Origin: an uncultured delta proteobacterium
GTDB lineage: Bacteria > Myxococcota_A > UBA9160 > UBA4427
Direction of reading: 5' to 3'
NCBI GenBank assembly: GCA_963822965.1
Contig: CAWGJT010000005.1
Span: 1,248,001-1,312,000 of the forward strand
DNA: 64,000 nt
The position numbers were made by a program, and so were the translations under genes. The notes below the pieces were generated by a model, which did no database searches, had not been told where the DNA came from, and saw only the letters and a list, made by a program, of their open reading frames with translations. Of the stretch, positions 38,940-49,869 are shown piece after piece (within the stretch, counting starts at the first letter, position 1; the number at the start of each line of letters is the position of its first letter).

Positions 38940-40130
38940 ATGGATTTCGAGCTTTCGGACAAGGCCAAGGCGGTAGAGGAACAGCTCTGCCGATTCATGG
39001 ACGAATATGTCTACCCCGCCGAGAGGGAGTACGCCGAGCAGGCAGAGGCGCATCCCCATGAAGAACCAGGCATCATGCTGGAGCTCCGCGCCAAGGCGAA
39101 AGAGATCGGGCTCTGGAATCTCTTCCTGCCGGACAACGAATGGGGTGCCGGGCTGACCAACCTCGAGTACACGCCGCTGTGCGAAATCATGGGCCGCAGC
39201 GGGATCGCCGGTCGCGTGTTCAACTGCCAGGCGCCGGACACAGGCAACGCAGAGATCCTCGCTGAGTTCGGCACACCAGAACAGAAAGAAAAGTGGCTCG
39301 TGCCGCTGCTCGAGGGGGAGATTCGCTCCTGCTTCTCGATGACAGAACCCGAGGTTTCGGGAGCAGACCCGACCAAGCTCCAGACGCGGGCGGTGCGAGA
39401 CGGTGACGACTACGTGATCAACGGCCACAAATGGTTCACCTCGGGTGCCATCGGAGCCGCCTTCGCGATTGCCATGGTGGTGACCGATCCCGACGCAGCC
39501 CCACACGAGCGCATGAGCCAGATCCTCGTGCCGACTGACAATCCGGGTTTCGACATCATTCGACCGGTTTCCGTGATGGGACACACCGGGGGCGGAGGCC
39601 ACTGCGAGATTCGCTACGAAGACTGCCGCGTACCCGCCACGAACGTACTCGGGCCCGAAGGCGCGGGGTTCATGATCGCTCAGGCGCGTCTCGGTCCGGG
39701 CCGCATCCATCACTGTATGCGAGCGATCGGCATGGCGGAGCGCGGTTTCGAGATCATGTGCCGCAACGCCAACAGCCGGGAGGTTGCGGGCGGCCTCTTG
39801 CGCGACAAGCAGTTCATCCAGGAATTCGTGGCAACCTCTCGGATGGAGATCGACCAGGCGCGCCTCCTGACCCTGCACGCTGCCCACAAGATGGACCGGT
39901 ACGGCAAGAAGCAGGCTCGCCAGGAGATCTCCATGATCAAGGTCGTGGTCCCGAACATGATGATGGCCGTGCTCGATCGCGTGATACAGAGCCTGGGTGC
40001 TCTCGGTGTCACCGACGACACGCCGGTGGCGGCCATGTGGCGAAACGGGCGGTCGCTGCGCATCGCGGACGGTCCGGACGAGGTCCACAAGATGGTGATC
40101 GCCCGCCGCGAGCTCAAACGCTTCGCCTAG
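38940..40130 (+). CDS. Acyl-CoA dehydrogenase (ACAD10/11-like)
   Basis: NCQAPDTGN, FSMTEPEVSGAD, QARLGPGRIHHCMR, LRIADGPDEVH. Confidence 0.95.
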   Translation: MDFELSDKAKAVEEQLCRFMDEYVYPAEREYAEQAEAHPHEEPGIMLELRAKAKEIGLWNLFLPDNEWGAGLTNLEYTPLCEIMGRSGIAGRVFNCQAPDTGNAEILAEFGTPEQKEKWLVPLLEGEIRSCFSMTEPEVSGADPTKLQTRAVRDGDDYVINGHKWFTSGAIGAAFAIAMVVTDPDAAPHERMSQILVPTDNPGFDIIRPVSVMGHTGGGGHCEIRYEDCRVPATNVLGPEGAGFMIAQARLGPGRIHHCMRAIGMAERGFEIMCRNANSREVAGGLLRDKQFIQEFVATSRMEIDQARLLTLHAAHKMDRYGKKQARQEISMIKVVVPNMMMAVLDRVIQSLGALGVTDDTPVAAMWRNGRSLRIADGPDEVHKMVIARRELKRFA

Positions 40131-40194
40131 AGATGGAGCATCGAGGCGAAGCGAGTACCGAGCGCTGATCGCGCGGTACGAGGACCGCCGCGCG

Positions 40195-40974
40195 CTAGGG
40201 GCTTTCGGACCGCCAATCCTCGAGGGTCTGCTCGATCCGGGCGCGGGCTTCCTGGAGCAGCCAGAGGCGGTCCTCTTCCGGGCTTCGCGGGATCGGGGCA
40301 CCGATGCGCATGCGCACCCGAGTACCAAACGGAATCGGGAACAGATTGAAGCGCAAGAGCCGCCAGGACCCGTCGATTGTGACTGGCACGATGGTCGCCT
40401 CCGGAGCCTCTTCGAACAGCGCCAGCGCACCCGCCGGCTTGAACGGACCTAGCTTGCCGTCGCGAGACCGCGTCCCTTCCGGGTAGATCACCGCCGAGAC
40501 CCCGCGCTCGCGCACCTGGGCACCCAGGGCGCGGATCGCGCGGGTGGCTCCCTCGCGGTCGCTGCGATCGATGATCGCGTTGCCACCCCGCCGCAGGTTG
40601 TAGGAGATGCTCGGGATCCAGCTCGCGAGCTCGCGCTTCGAGACGTACTTCGGAAAGTTGCGGAAGAAGGCCGCTCCGAACATCGGAATGTCGAACATGC
40701 TCTGGTGGTTGGCGAGGATGAGATACGGGGTCTCCGGCACTACGGCAGGGTCCCGCTCCACGACCAGCCGGGCGCCGGCCATACGGAACACGAAGACCAG
40801 GGCGATCTGGAGCCAGCCGGCGACGTACTCCTGAGGGCGCTGTCCGAACAGGCGCGCCACCCGCTGTAGGGGGTCGAACAGCAGCAGCGTGCCCGCGAAC
40901 GCCACCAGGAAGGGCGGCGTCATCAGCCAGTCGATCCATCTCGGTCGCGCAGGGTCCACCGGGGTGTTGGGCAC
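40195..40974 (-). CDS. plsC: 1-acyl-sn-glycerol-3-phosphate acyltransferase family
   Basis: NHQSMFD, IYPEGTRS. Confidence 0.88.
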   Translation of the reverse strand: MPNTPVDPARPRWIDWLMTPPFLVAFAGTLLLFDPLQRVARLFGQRPQEYVAGWLQIALVFVFRMAGARLVVERDPAVVPETPYLILANHQSMFDIPMFGAAFFRNFPKYVSKRELASWIPSISYNLRRGGNAIIDRSDREGATRAIRALGAQVRERGVSAVIYPEGTRSRDGKLGPFKPAGALALFEEAPEATIVPVTIDGSWRLLRFNLFPIPFGTRVRMRIGAPIPRSPEEDRLWLLQEARARIEQTLEDWRSESP

Positions 40975-41171
40975 GGCGTCATTGTCGCCGCTTCGGCCCC
41001 GCCCGGCCAATCGGAATCTCCCGCGAAGCCCGAGCTGCGCGTCGGCCTTCGTCGAAGCACCCCGCTCACTCGAGCTGTCGCACCGGGAACTGAGTACCCA
41101 GTCTAGATCCAGGCACAGAGGGGGCCAGCGAGCCAGGAGACGAGTCTACGCAGCCATGCTTGGCGACCCCT

Positions 41172-41238
41172 GAGCATCGGACGAACGAGCCCGGTTTCGG
41201 GGTGACGTCCGGGTAGGGGCGTGATGTCAACCCCCTGT
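41172..41238 (+). repeat. dif-like 67-bp repeat, copy 2
   Basis: 60/67 identical to copy 1 (manual count); core ACGTCCGGGTA-GGGGCG-TGATGTCAACC. Confidence 0.9.
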
Positions 41239-41438
41239 CGTACGGCTGGAGTACGGGGTCGCATGTCGCCGTCAGATGCTCTTGACTGCGTGCGGCCGCG
41301 CCACGGCCGGTCACATGAGCTTCGGGCTCGGTCATGATGCCCGCGCGTGGTACCGACACCGCGACAGCGATGAAAGGGACTCCGCTCCCTCGCTCGGGCC
41401 GATGCGTCCGATCGGCCGCAACCCATCTCGGCCCGGCC

Positions 41439-43328
41439 CTAGTGTCCCTGGTCTCGCCTCGAGAGGCGCCGCCGACGCAGCACCATCAACGGCGGCAGTA
41501 GGAAGACCAACTCGAATCCGAGGCCGCAGCTGGGGCTCACGTAGTGCTCCGCGAATCCCCAGGGATCGCTGCATTCCGGGTCGTCGGGATAGTCCGTCAG
41601 TCCGTCGAAGTCGTTGTCACCGCCGTCGATGCACGCCGGCAGCTCGCTATCCACACCGTTGGTGCAGTCGAGATCGGCAGAATCGATGCTTCCGTCGAAG
41701 TCATTGTCGACCCCGTCGTCACACTCGCTGTCGCATCCGTCACCGATCCCGTCGCCGTCGGTGTCGTCCTGTCCCGCGTTGACGAACGCGGGACAGTTGT
41801 CTGCCACGTCCGCGACACCGTCGCCATCCCCGTCGGGCGCGATCGTCAGATTCTCGAAGAACTGGTTCGGCAGGCATCCGTCACAGACGGAGGCTCCCTC
41901 CGGCAGGATGTTCTGCATCCAGGTATAGACCCCCATCCATCCGCCGATGGCGTACACATCGAGATCGCCGTCCAGGTCGAAGTCGACCAACTCGGCCTCG
42001 ACACGCTGCGCGACGAACTCGGGGTCTTGCAGAATGTTCTGGCCGCCCAGGTCCGAGCTGAAGGCCGGCGTCGCAGCGCCATCATTCAAGAAGGTATTGA
42101 CGCCACCGCCCCCGGTGACCTCCTGTCCTTCTACCGGGAAGAAGTTCGCGATGAGCACATCGATGTCGCCGTCCTCGTCGATATCACCCAGCTGAGTGTC
42201 CATCAGGATGTTCTGCGCATGGATCGAATCGTTGAAGATCTCGAGCGGAGTGAAGCTCGCGATGCTGCTCCCATCATTCAGGTAGGCCATCACCTGGAGG
42301 AACTCAGCTGCACCGATGGGTCTCGCGCGTCCACTCAGGACCAGGTCGTCGAAGCCGTCGCCGTTCAGGTCAGCCGTCGCGCCGGAATAGGCCTGGATCT
42401 CGTGTGTGAACGTGAGCGCCGCAACATTGTCGATGCCGATTCCGCTGCTGCCGTTGTTGAGGAAGAGCTGCGACGAATCCTCGCCCTGATTGACGGTCAC
42501 GACGTCGAGCAGCAGGTCGTTGTTCGCGTCGACCAGCACGACGCCGCGAGTCGACACATTCGTCGGCGTCGGGAGGTCGTCCGAGTAGAACAGCGGCGCG
42601 ACGCCGCCGGCGACGTCGTTGTAGAAGATCGACGTCACGGAATTCTGGCCGGGTGCTTGAGTGCAATCGATCTCCTTTTCTTGCGCGACGACGAAGTCCA
42701 GGGCACTGCCCTGGTTCAGGTTCCCGACCGCGATGTCCGTCGGGCAGAACGTCAGGGCGGCCGTGAAATCCGGGCTGGCAAGATCGAAATAGGGCGAGCT
42801 CTGGCTGTTGAAGTAGACCTCGACGCGCCTCGTCGTCGTCGAGCCCTCGAATGCCTGGATCAGGTCCGGAAACCCGTCACCATCGAGGTCTCCGAGCGCG
42901 ATGGCTCTGATTGTCGCCGCGGGCGTCGTCGTACCCAACGGAGTCGCGTCGAACCCGGCGCCTTGATCGTTGATTCGGACGACCGTGCCGAAGTACGGAG
43001 CCGAGAGCGCATCCAAGCTGTACTCCACGATGTCGGGGTAGCCGTCCTGATTGACGTCGCCAACCGCCGACGATCCGGTCGCCGCGAAGTTGAAGCTCGG
43101 ATCACCGAGGAAATCGGATGCGTCCTCACCGAAGAACGGAAGCTCGTCTTGACCGACGAGATAGGTCCCCTCGACGATTTCGGTCCGCTCGAGGAAATGC
43201 AGCGGATTGACTTGTGCGAGACCCCGAGTCGCAAGCGACAGCAGGATCAGCACGGCGAGCAAGATAGAGCAGGAAGCCCTCGTTGCGACCTCACCCCACA
43301 CCCGACTGTTGGCTCGTTTCGTGTCCAT
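41439..43328 (-). CDS. Secreted FG-GAP/VCBS-repeat protein with TSP3 repeats and a Cys-containing C-terminal sorting signal
   Basis: Signal ...SLATRGLA-Q; GDVNQDGYPDI, GDLDGDGFPDL and similar repeats; DGDGDGVADVADNCP; C-terminal CGLGFELVFLLPPLMVLRRRR. Confidence 0.88.
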   Translation of the reverse strand: MDTKRANSRVWGEVATRASCSILLAVLILLSLATRGLAQVNPLHFLERTEIVEGTYLVGQDELPFFGEDASDFLGDPSFNFAATGSSAVGDVNQDGYPDIVEYSLDALSAPYFGTVVRINDQGAGFDATPLGTTTPAATIRAIALGDLDGDGFPDLIQAFEGSTTTRRVEVYFNSQSSPYFDLASPDFTAALTFCPTDIAVGNLNQGSALDFVVAQEKEIDCTQAPGQNSVTSIFYNDVAGGVAPLFYSDDLPTPTNVSTRGVVLVDANNDLLLDVVTVNQGEDSSQLFLNNGSSGIGIDNVAALTFTHEIQAYSGATADLNGDGFDDLVLSGRARPIGAAEFLQVMAYLNDGSSIASFTPLEIFNDSIHAQNILMDTQLGDIDEDGDIDVLIANFFPVEGQEVTGGGGVNTFLNDGAATPAFSSDLGGQNILQDPEFVAQRVEAELVDFDLDGDLDVYAIGGWMGVYTWMQNILPEGASVCDGCLPNQFFENLTIAPDGDGDGVADVADNCPAFVNAGQDDTDGDGIGDGCDSECDDGVDNDFDGSIDSADLDCTNGVDSELPACIDGGDNDFDGLTDYPDDPECSDPWGFAEHYVSPSCGLGFELVFLLPPLMVLRRRRLSRRDQGH

Positions 43329-43681
43329 CCGCAGTCTCCCCCATCCGATCATTCCGACGATCGATTCGTCGACGATCCTAAGGCAAGAGTCGCGCGGAAT
43401 ATTCTTCGGAATTCTTAAGATCGCGGGGACACCGACTTTTGTCGTCGTGGACGAACGGTTCATACACCATGTCGAGTCGCGTTCGCTCGGCTGACGGGGG
43501 GCTCCTCCGGGTGCGAATCGACCCGAGTGTCTGGATCCATTCGTGTCCCGTCATCGCCGACCGCGGGGGATAGGACCCGCTGGCGCGATGGCACCACGCA
43601 CATCCCGATGGAGCGGCGCGAGCGCGAGTCGAGGGAGATCCCACAGTGCTGCCATCGACGAGCCGCTGGTAGCGCGAATCC

Positions 43682-43937
43682 ATCGAGAGGGCGACCGGCG
43701 TCCAGTTCTACTTCGCAACGCCCTACCACTCATGGGAACGAGGCAGCAACGAGAACTTCAACGGGCTGCTTCGACAGCACCTGCCGAAGCGAACTAGCCA
43801 AGCAGAAGTCACCCAACGCGACTGTGATCGCATCGCCAAGAAACTCAACACCCGGCCTCGCAAGCGGCTTGGCTACCGCACACCGGAGGAGTGCTTCCTT
43901 GGGGTCTAGCGAATGGTGCACTTCCAACTTGAAGTCA
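43682..43937 (+). mobile_element. IS30-family remnant (transposase C-terminus plus probable right inverted repeat)
   Basis: FYFATPYHSWERGSNENFNGLLRQHLPK...LNTRPRKRLGYRTP*, then GGTGCACTTCCAACTTGAAGTCA. Confidence 0.88.
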
Positions 43938-43955
43938 GAGCGCTGTATCAGCGCG

Positions 43956-44636
43956 CTACGGCCCCGTCGCCTGCTGGACACGCTCGACGATCTCGCGGAT
44001 CACGTCCTGGCTCAGCAGCGGATCCATGATTCCAGCGAACACGAACTGGATGCCGATGCCCACGAGCAACAGACCCATGATCCGTGTCAGCACGTTGACT
44101 CCGGTCGCGCCGAGGTAGCCGACCACCCGCACCGACGAACGCAGCACGAGCCACGACACGAACGCTGTGAGCGCGATCCCCACGACGATCGCAGCGTTCT
44201 CCGCTGGGTGCGCGACCGTGGTCGCCATGCCGATCGTGACCGCGATCGAACCGGGTCCGCTCAGCATGGGCATGGCCACCGGCGTGAAGGCCACGTCCTG
44301 CATCGTCATGGCTTCGGCCTCGGCGTCGGAGTCCAGTTTCCGCTCGGGTTCCGGATCCAACATGCGGAAACCGAGTCGCGCGACGATCAGCCCACCCGCG
44401 ATCCGCAACGCGTGGATCGAGATCCCGAAGAAAGTCAAGATCAGGGTGCCCGCGAGCAGCGCAACCGAAAGCACGGCGAAGGCATAGATGCAGGCCAGAC
44501 GGGCCTGTTGCAGGCGCCGCTTGGAGTTCATGTTCCTCGTCACCGCTACGAATACGGGCGCCGTGCTGAACGGGTTCATGATGGGTAGAAGCGCCCCGAA
44601 GGTCGCCGCGATGAGAGTCAGCCACTCGAGTACCAC
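43956..44636 (-). CDS. marC: MarC-family membrane protein
   Basis: IMNPFSTAPVF, PVAMPMLSGPGSI, LTRIMGLLL. Confidence 0.92.
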   Translation of the reverse strand: MVLEWLTLIAATFGALLPIMNPFSTAPVFVAVTRNMNSKRRLQQARLACIYAFAVLSVALLAGTLILTFFGISIHALRIAGGLIVARLGFRMLDPEPERKLDSDAEAEAMTMQDVAFTPVAMPMLSGPGSIAVTIGMATTVAHPAENAAIVVGIALTAFVSWLVLRSSVRVVGYLGATGVNVLTRIMGLLLVGIGIQFVFAGIMDPLLSQDVIREIVERVQQATGP

Positions 44637-44739
44637 GGCGGGACTATAGTGCCAATCGCGCCCCACGGCGTTGCAGGTGGCCGCGGTGGATGTCGTGCCG
44701 AGGCAAGCGCCCCTCCGCGACGGCGCGATCGCCTGCCCG

Positions 44740-45208
44740 CGAGTTCAAGAAGATCTCGGAGGTCCCCGTTGATCCGGCGATGGCGGTGTTGAAGGCGGAT
44801 CCCGCGGCTTCGTCGGGCGTTGGCAACCTGGTCGTGTGGGGCTCGAGCCTCTTCTTCTCCGCCCGGACACCGCCGGAGGGACCTTCCCTCTGGAAGACGA
44901 ACGGAACAGCTCTCGGCACGGTGCTGGTCCAGGACCCGGTCGCGGGTGGCGGTAGCAGCGGCTCGATCGGGAGGATCGTGAGAGCAGGGTCCCTGCTGTT
45001 CTTCGATGCAGGGCCGGGGCTGTGGCGGAGCAATGGGACGCCCGCTGGCACCTTCGTCGTCGGTCCGTATGGCCTCTCGGAAGCAGTCGCCGTCGGTTCG
45101 AAGCTGTTCTTCACGTTCTTCGAGGACCTGCTGGTCAGCGATGGCACCGTCGCGGGAACGTTCTTGCTGGAGTCGTTCCCACCGGGAAACGGCAACGCCG
45201 CAGCTTGA
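44740..45208 (+). pseudogene. ELWxxDGT-repeat (beta-propeller) protein fragment
   Basis: LWKTNGTALGT, LWRSNGTPAGT, VSDGTVAGT; no signal peptide or credible start; ends just before repeat copy 3. Confidence 0.72.
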
Positions 45209-45242
45209 GATCGTCCCGCCGCTGGGCGCCCGCCTTGGCCCC

Positions 45243-45309
45243 AGAGGGGATTGACACAACACCACTACTCGGACGTCACGTCAGAACCCGGCTTGTTTGT
45301 CTTATCCTC
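45243..45309 (-). repeat. dif-like 67-bp repeat, copy 3 (inverted)
   Basis: Reverse complement 55/67 identical to copy 1; core ACGTCCGAGTA-GTGGTG-TTGTGTCAATC. Confidence 0.88.
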
Positions 45310-45346
45310 CTGAACGTCGGCAGGCGCGTTCCGGGCGCGCGTGGGT

Positions 45347-48300
45347 TCAGGAGCGGCTCGTGGCCTCCCGGCGGACCCGCCGCCGTCCGAGACCGGCGAG
45401 TGCCAGCGATCCGGCGAGCAGGCCGGCGACGAAGCCCGGCTCGGGCACCTCGACGGCGCCGGCGTCGCAGATGGCGCTGCCGTTCATGTCGCCGTCCCTG
45501 GGCCGGGAGACTCCGCGCTGGTCCAGCGTCGGACAGTCGACGGGATCACCCGCATCGATGGCAGGGCTTCCGGTGGCTGGGAGGTGCGTGAGGGTGGAGC
45601 CCCCGTTGTAGGCGAGAACCTCGAGCATCGGATCCGCAAGGACCTGGTCCGTGCCAGCCGTCAGGTTGCAGTCTCCGGCGGCGGTGTCGGTCACGTTGTA
45701 GCCGAAGGAGGTGACGGCGCCGGGATTGAACGAGCACTGGTCGAGACTTCCCCCGGCGACGTTGCCAGCGATGATGCTGTTGTGAAGGACCGAGAGATCG
45801 AGCAGGAACAAGGCGCCCGGCGCGAAGTCGGACGAGTTGTCGTAGATCGTGCTGCTCTCGATGATCGCCCGCTGCGCGAAGAAGGCACCGGTCGAAGCTG
45901 AATCGTTTCGGCTCACGGTGCTGTTCTCCAGGAAGAGATCGACGAACTCCCCGGCTCCGCCGTTGGTCGAGATCGTTGCGGTGTTGTCGACGATGGCGCT
46001 TCCCGTGACGCGTGCATCCGCCAGGTAGAGTGGCAGCGCGCCGGAGTTGAATGTCACCGTGGATTCGACGACCTCCACTGTGTACGGTTCGGTCGGAGAG
46101 AACGTGCCGCTGTGAACGGAGCTGATCGCGGAGCCCCGGCGCGCGTCGTTTCCGAACAGGAACAGCCGCTCGACGCGAAGGTCTCGACTGGTGGCGATCG
46201 CGCCGCCGTTGTCGAGTCCGGCGTCGCCCCCGGTAATCGAGACGTCCTCGATCCGCGCCAGGTCGGGCGCGTTGGTCGGCGTGTGATCGGGCGTGCCCAC
46301 GTCGAAGACGCGGTCGAGCCCCGCGCCATTCACGATCGTGGATCCGGTTCCGGCTCCACGGATCGAGACCGGCGTGTCCAGGTCCAGGTCTCCGGTGGCG
46401 GCGATGTCCTCGTCGGTGCCCGCGATCGAGAGAAGGTGCGTCCCCGCACCGAGCTCGATCTCGTTCATCCCCGGGATCTCGTTCGCCTGTTGGACCGCGG
46501 CGCGCAGGGTGCAGGTCAGCCCGACGGTCTGGCACAGGTCGTCGGTCGGGTCGTCGTCGACTGCGTCCGTCAGGTCGTCCACCACGAAGGGAGCCGTCAC
46601 CTCGTATGCGCCGATGTCGCACAAGAAGACGTCGTTGCCGCCGATGTTCGTGCGCGGCCGACCGCGGGGATGGCCCCTCTGGTCCAGCATCTGTTGGCAG
46701 TTCATTCGGATCTCGGAGCTCACGGCGTCGATTGCGGGACTGCCCGGCAGCAGCGCCATCGTCGGGGTGGGGCCTCCATTGTCCTGGAGCGGGCCGATCA
46801 TCGGGCTCGTGTTCGGGAAGTTGGGCATGTCGACACCGGATACGAAGCCGCAGGTGTTCATGTCCTCCAGGTTGAAGGCGCCGAACGCGGGAGCGCTTCC
46901 GGCGCAATTGCCGCCGGAGTTCTGGGCGACCAGCGCGTCTCGAAGAAGACGCCGCTCTGGTTGAAGACACCCTCGCCGTTGTTCGCGGCGATGGTGTCCG
47001 AATCGAGCAGGGTCTGTCCGAGTGGCGTAGACCCCGGCGCCCGTCGGTGCGGTGTTGTCCGACAAGGTGCTGAAGCGGACGAACGCTCCGGCGGCGTCAT
47101 GGTCGCCCCGCCCCGAGATGTTGCTTAGTTGCCGAAGAAGGCGCTGTGCTGCACCTCGCCTGAGCCCCCCATGTAGATACCGCCACCCCGGGCGGCCTCG
47201 TTGTTCGAGAACTCGACGTAGTCGACCTCGTAGGACGTGGTCACGACGTAGAGACCGCCTCCGTCTTCGCCCGCCACGTTTCCCGTCACTCGCGAGCGGA
47301 GAAGCGAGAAGGATCCGGACCCGACCCAGATCCCGGCGCCATCTTCCTCGGCCTGGTTGCCGGAGATCTCGCTGTCCGAAATGCGGAGCTGGGCAGCATG
47401 CCTGCGCTCGCGATGCCACCCCCGTCGTTCCCGACGGTTCCGAGGTCGACGGTGGTCTGATTCCCGGTGATGCGACTGCGGTAGATGGCGAGGTTTCCCT
47501 CGTTCGCGATGCCACCGCCAACCGCGGCCGTGCCGCCGCTCAGCTCGACCCCGATCAGCTGAACCGGAGAGGCGCTGGACTCGTTCCAGAGCACTCCGCC
47601 GAGCTGCGAGGTGTCGGCGGCGTTGCCCCCTCGCAGGGCGAGGTTCCAGAAGATGACGTCGTCCGCACTCGCGTGGACGTGGAAGAGCCGGTCGATCGCA
47701 CCGCCCCCCGTGCCGTCGATGATCGAGTATTTCGCGGAGCTGCCCCGGATCTCGACCTTCTCCAGAACGTCGAGATCCCCGGTCACGGCGTTGTCCTCGT
47801 CGTTGCCCGAGCTGAGGTCGACGATGTGCGTGCCCGGCAGGACGTAGATCGAGTCGGTGACGACCGCGGAGCCGGCGGTGCAGGCATCGACGCTCACATT
47901 GTCGTTGGCGCTGCGAATCGCCTCGCGCAGCGTGCAGGTTCCGTTCGCGGTGTCGTTGTCATCCACGAAGTCCGTTGCCGTGATGAGGGCGGCGCGGCCC
48001 GTTCCCGGGACGAGGATGGCCAGGACGAGCACGAGGAGCGCGGTCCCGGAGCGTCCGAACCGCCATGCGACCGCGAGCCCGATCAGGTACAGCAGGCCGG
48101 TCCCCGGCTCAGGCACCATACTGCCCTCGTACGCGATGAGGGTTCCCGCCACGCCGATACAGGCTGCAGTGCCGCCCGAGAGCGTGTTGTACGCACTGGT
48201 ATGGAAGTCCTCGAGCCCCGCCGTCAGCGGCGTGTCTTGCGGGGGTACGGCCTCGGTCGTATTCGTGCGCACGTCGTTGAAGCGGATCTCGCTTCCGATC

Positions 48301-48752
48301 TCGATCAGGAAGTCGTCGTAGATGTTCGGGTCCCAATAGATGGTGTTGAACTCTGCGATGAGTAGAACCGCTCCGCCGTTCGTGACGAACTGCGCGACCG
48401 CGCCGATCTCGCTCGCCGTGTAGTCGAGCGGCGTGCTGAAGTTGTTCGTTACGACGAGCAGGGCCACCGTGGACAGGAAGCTGATCGTGATCACCGCGCT
48501 CGACTCGATCGCGCTCACTCCGGGCAGTTCGTCCCAATGGGTGCGGAGTGTCGGCTGCTGCACGGCCCCGCGCGAGAACACGACGCTGGTCTGCGGGCCG
48601 AGCACTGCGTCGAAGAACGAGAAGTTGTCCTGGGCGCTCACGTCGCCCACCACCGTGATCATCCCGGCCTGTGCCCGAAGCGGTGCCGCGATGGCGATCG
48701 CCAGCAGGAGGAGTGCCTCGAACGTCCGTACGCGAGTGCCCGATTGCTTCAT
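45347..48752 (-). CDS. Large secreted protein with an internal PEP-CTERM, a second signal-like segment, CSLREA/choice-of-anchor Q domains and a terminal PEP-CTERM (frameshifts ~46940-47400)
   Basis: AAPLRAQA signal; VPEPGTGLLYLIGLAVAWRFGR at ~48116-48050; CTLREAI and CTLRAAV; LQDNGGPTPTMALLPGSPAID...DQRG...CDIGAYE twice; final VPEPGFVAGLLAGSLALAGLGRRR. Confidence 0.8.
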
Positions 48753-48755
48753 CTT

Positions 48756-49012
48756 CTACTCCTTCGCCGCGGGCGCCAGCTCCGGCAGAGGGTGCGCCGC
48801 CGTTCCGACCATGTAGCCGCCCGCGCGGGTGGTCAGCGCCAGCGACAGCGCCTCGGCCAGGGTGTCGCCGTCGTTCCGGATGGTCAGGTGATGCGACTTC
48901 CCTGGACCCGGGCGGACGCGATGGCGAGCTCATCGGCCTTCGCCCCTTCGGGGAGAAGGCCGATGGCCGAGACGACGGCTGAGATCAGGACGCTGACAGC
49001 GAGGCGGCTCAA
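48756..49012 (-). CDS. Small putative secreted protein (one frameshift near 48888)
   Basis: TTG-start LSRLAVSVLISAVVSAIGLLPEGAKA-DELAIAS...; continues LTIRNDG...LPELAPAAKE* after one indel. Confidence 0.4.
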
Positions 49013-49099
49013 GCGAATACGTCCTTCCGTGATTCACGGTCAGACGTACGTGAAGACGCTCCCGACTTCTGATCTCCGGCTGATGATCCGGTGATCAGA

Positions 49100-49445
49100 T
49101 GCCCGAGGCGGCTTGTGGGGCGGTAGGCCTCCGGCTACGAGCACCTCCTGGAAGCGTGGAGCGTCCGGTAGGGGTCGAAGACGGGCTCTTCGATCACGTA
49201 CCAGAGGTGCCAGTCGGCCTGCTCGGCCAGGCACTCGAGCATCCGCTCCCGCTCGCCCAGCAGCGCCCAGGCCATGGCCGTCCCCATGGCATCGACCCGA
49301 CAGGCGCGGCACGTGCGCGCAATGTCGATCTCGAGCAGCAGCCGCAAGCTGGCGTCGCGGCCGAAGAGACGACCGTAGATCCGGGCCAGCGGTCGAGCGC
49401 GGCGTCACGAGCAGGAAGGCCTCCCGTGCCTCTTCCAGCCGACCG
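49100..49445 (-). pseudogene. C-terminal remnant of a TPR/cyclase-type protein
   Basis: GERERMLECLAEQ...EPVFDPYR resembles the C-terminus of 24260..26281 (REMALSCLERA...HPLFDPLR). Confidence 0.55.
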
Positions 49446-49562
49446 CTCGCGAAGCTGAGCCTGGCGCGCATGATCGCAGCCACCGTGCTGCGGATGCGGA
49501 AGGACGAGGAGAAGTACGACCCCGGGCGAGCTGGCCAGCCCGCCGAGACACCCGAAGGCTAG
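49446..49562 (+). mobile_element. Probable IS110-family transposase C-terminal remnant
   Basis: LAKLSLARMIAATVLRMRKDEEKYDP* resembles the IS110 C-terminal ARK-x-A...YDP pattern. Confidence 0.55.
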
Positions 49563-49824
49563 AGGCCCGGGGAATCGTCAAGAGGACAACCACTTCATCA
49601 CGCAGCGGCGAAGCGTGTTCGCAGTCTCCCTCCGGGGCCCAGTGGCGGGGCGGCACATTCAGTGCCACCTACACGGGCTCCTGTCTTGATTGCATGAACC
49701 AGCTCGGGTCGGTCAGCGGCAGTCGCTAGAGAGGGGTTCCAGGCACGACCCGCCGGACGTCCTCCGCCGCTCGAGCGTCCGACTTCGTCGGGCGCGCATG
49801 CGCGGGCCGGGCAACGGCTTCCCG

Positions 49825-49869
49825 TGGTGCCCCCGGCAGGATTCGAACCTGCGATCCTCGGTTCAGGAA
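49825..49869 (-). tRNA. 3' half of tRNA-Arg(CCT) only (att-site duplication, not a functional tRNA)
   Basis: TTCCTGAACCGAGGATCGCAGGTTCGAATCCTGCCGGGGGCACCA: anticodon-loop remnant, T-arm, acceptor 3' strand and CCA; no D-arm or 5' acceptor strand. Confidence 0.8.

Noticed and set aside
45251..45279. TTGACA in the repeat as a sigma70 -35
   Set aside because: There is no -10-like hexamer at ~17 bp. The hexamer is simply the reverse complement of the XerD-like arm.
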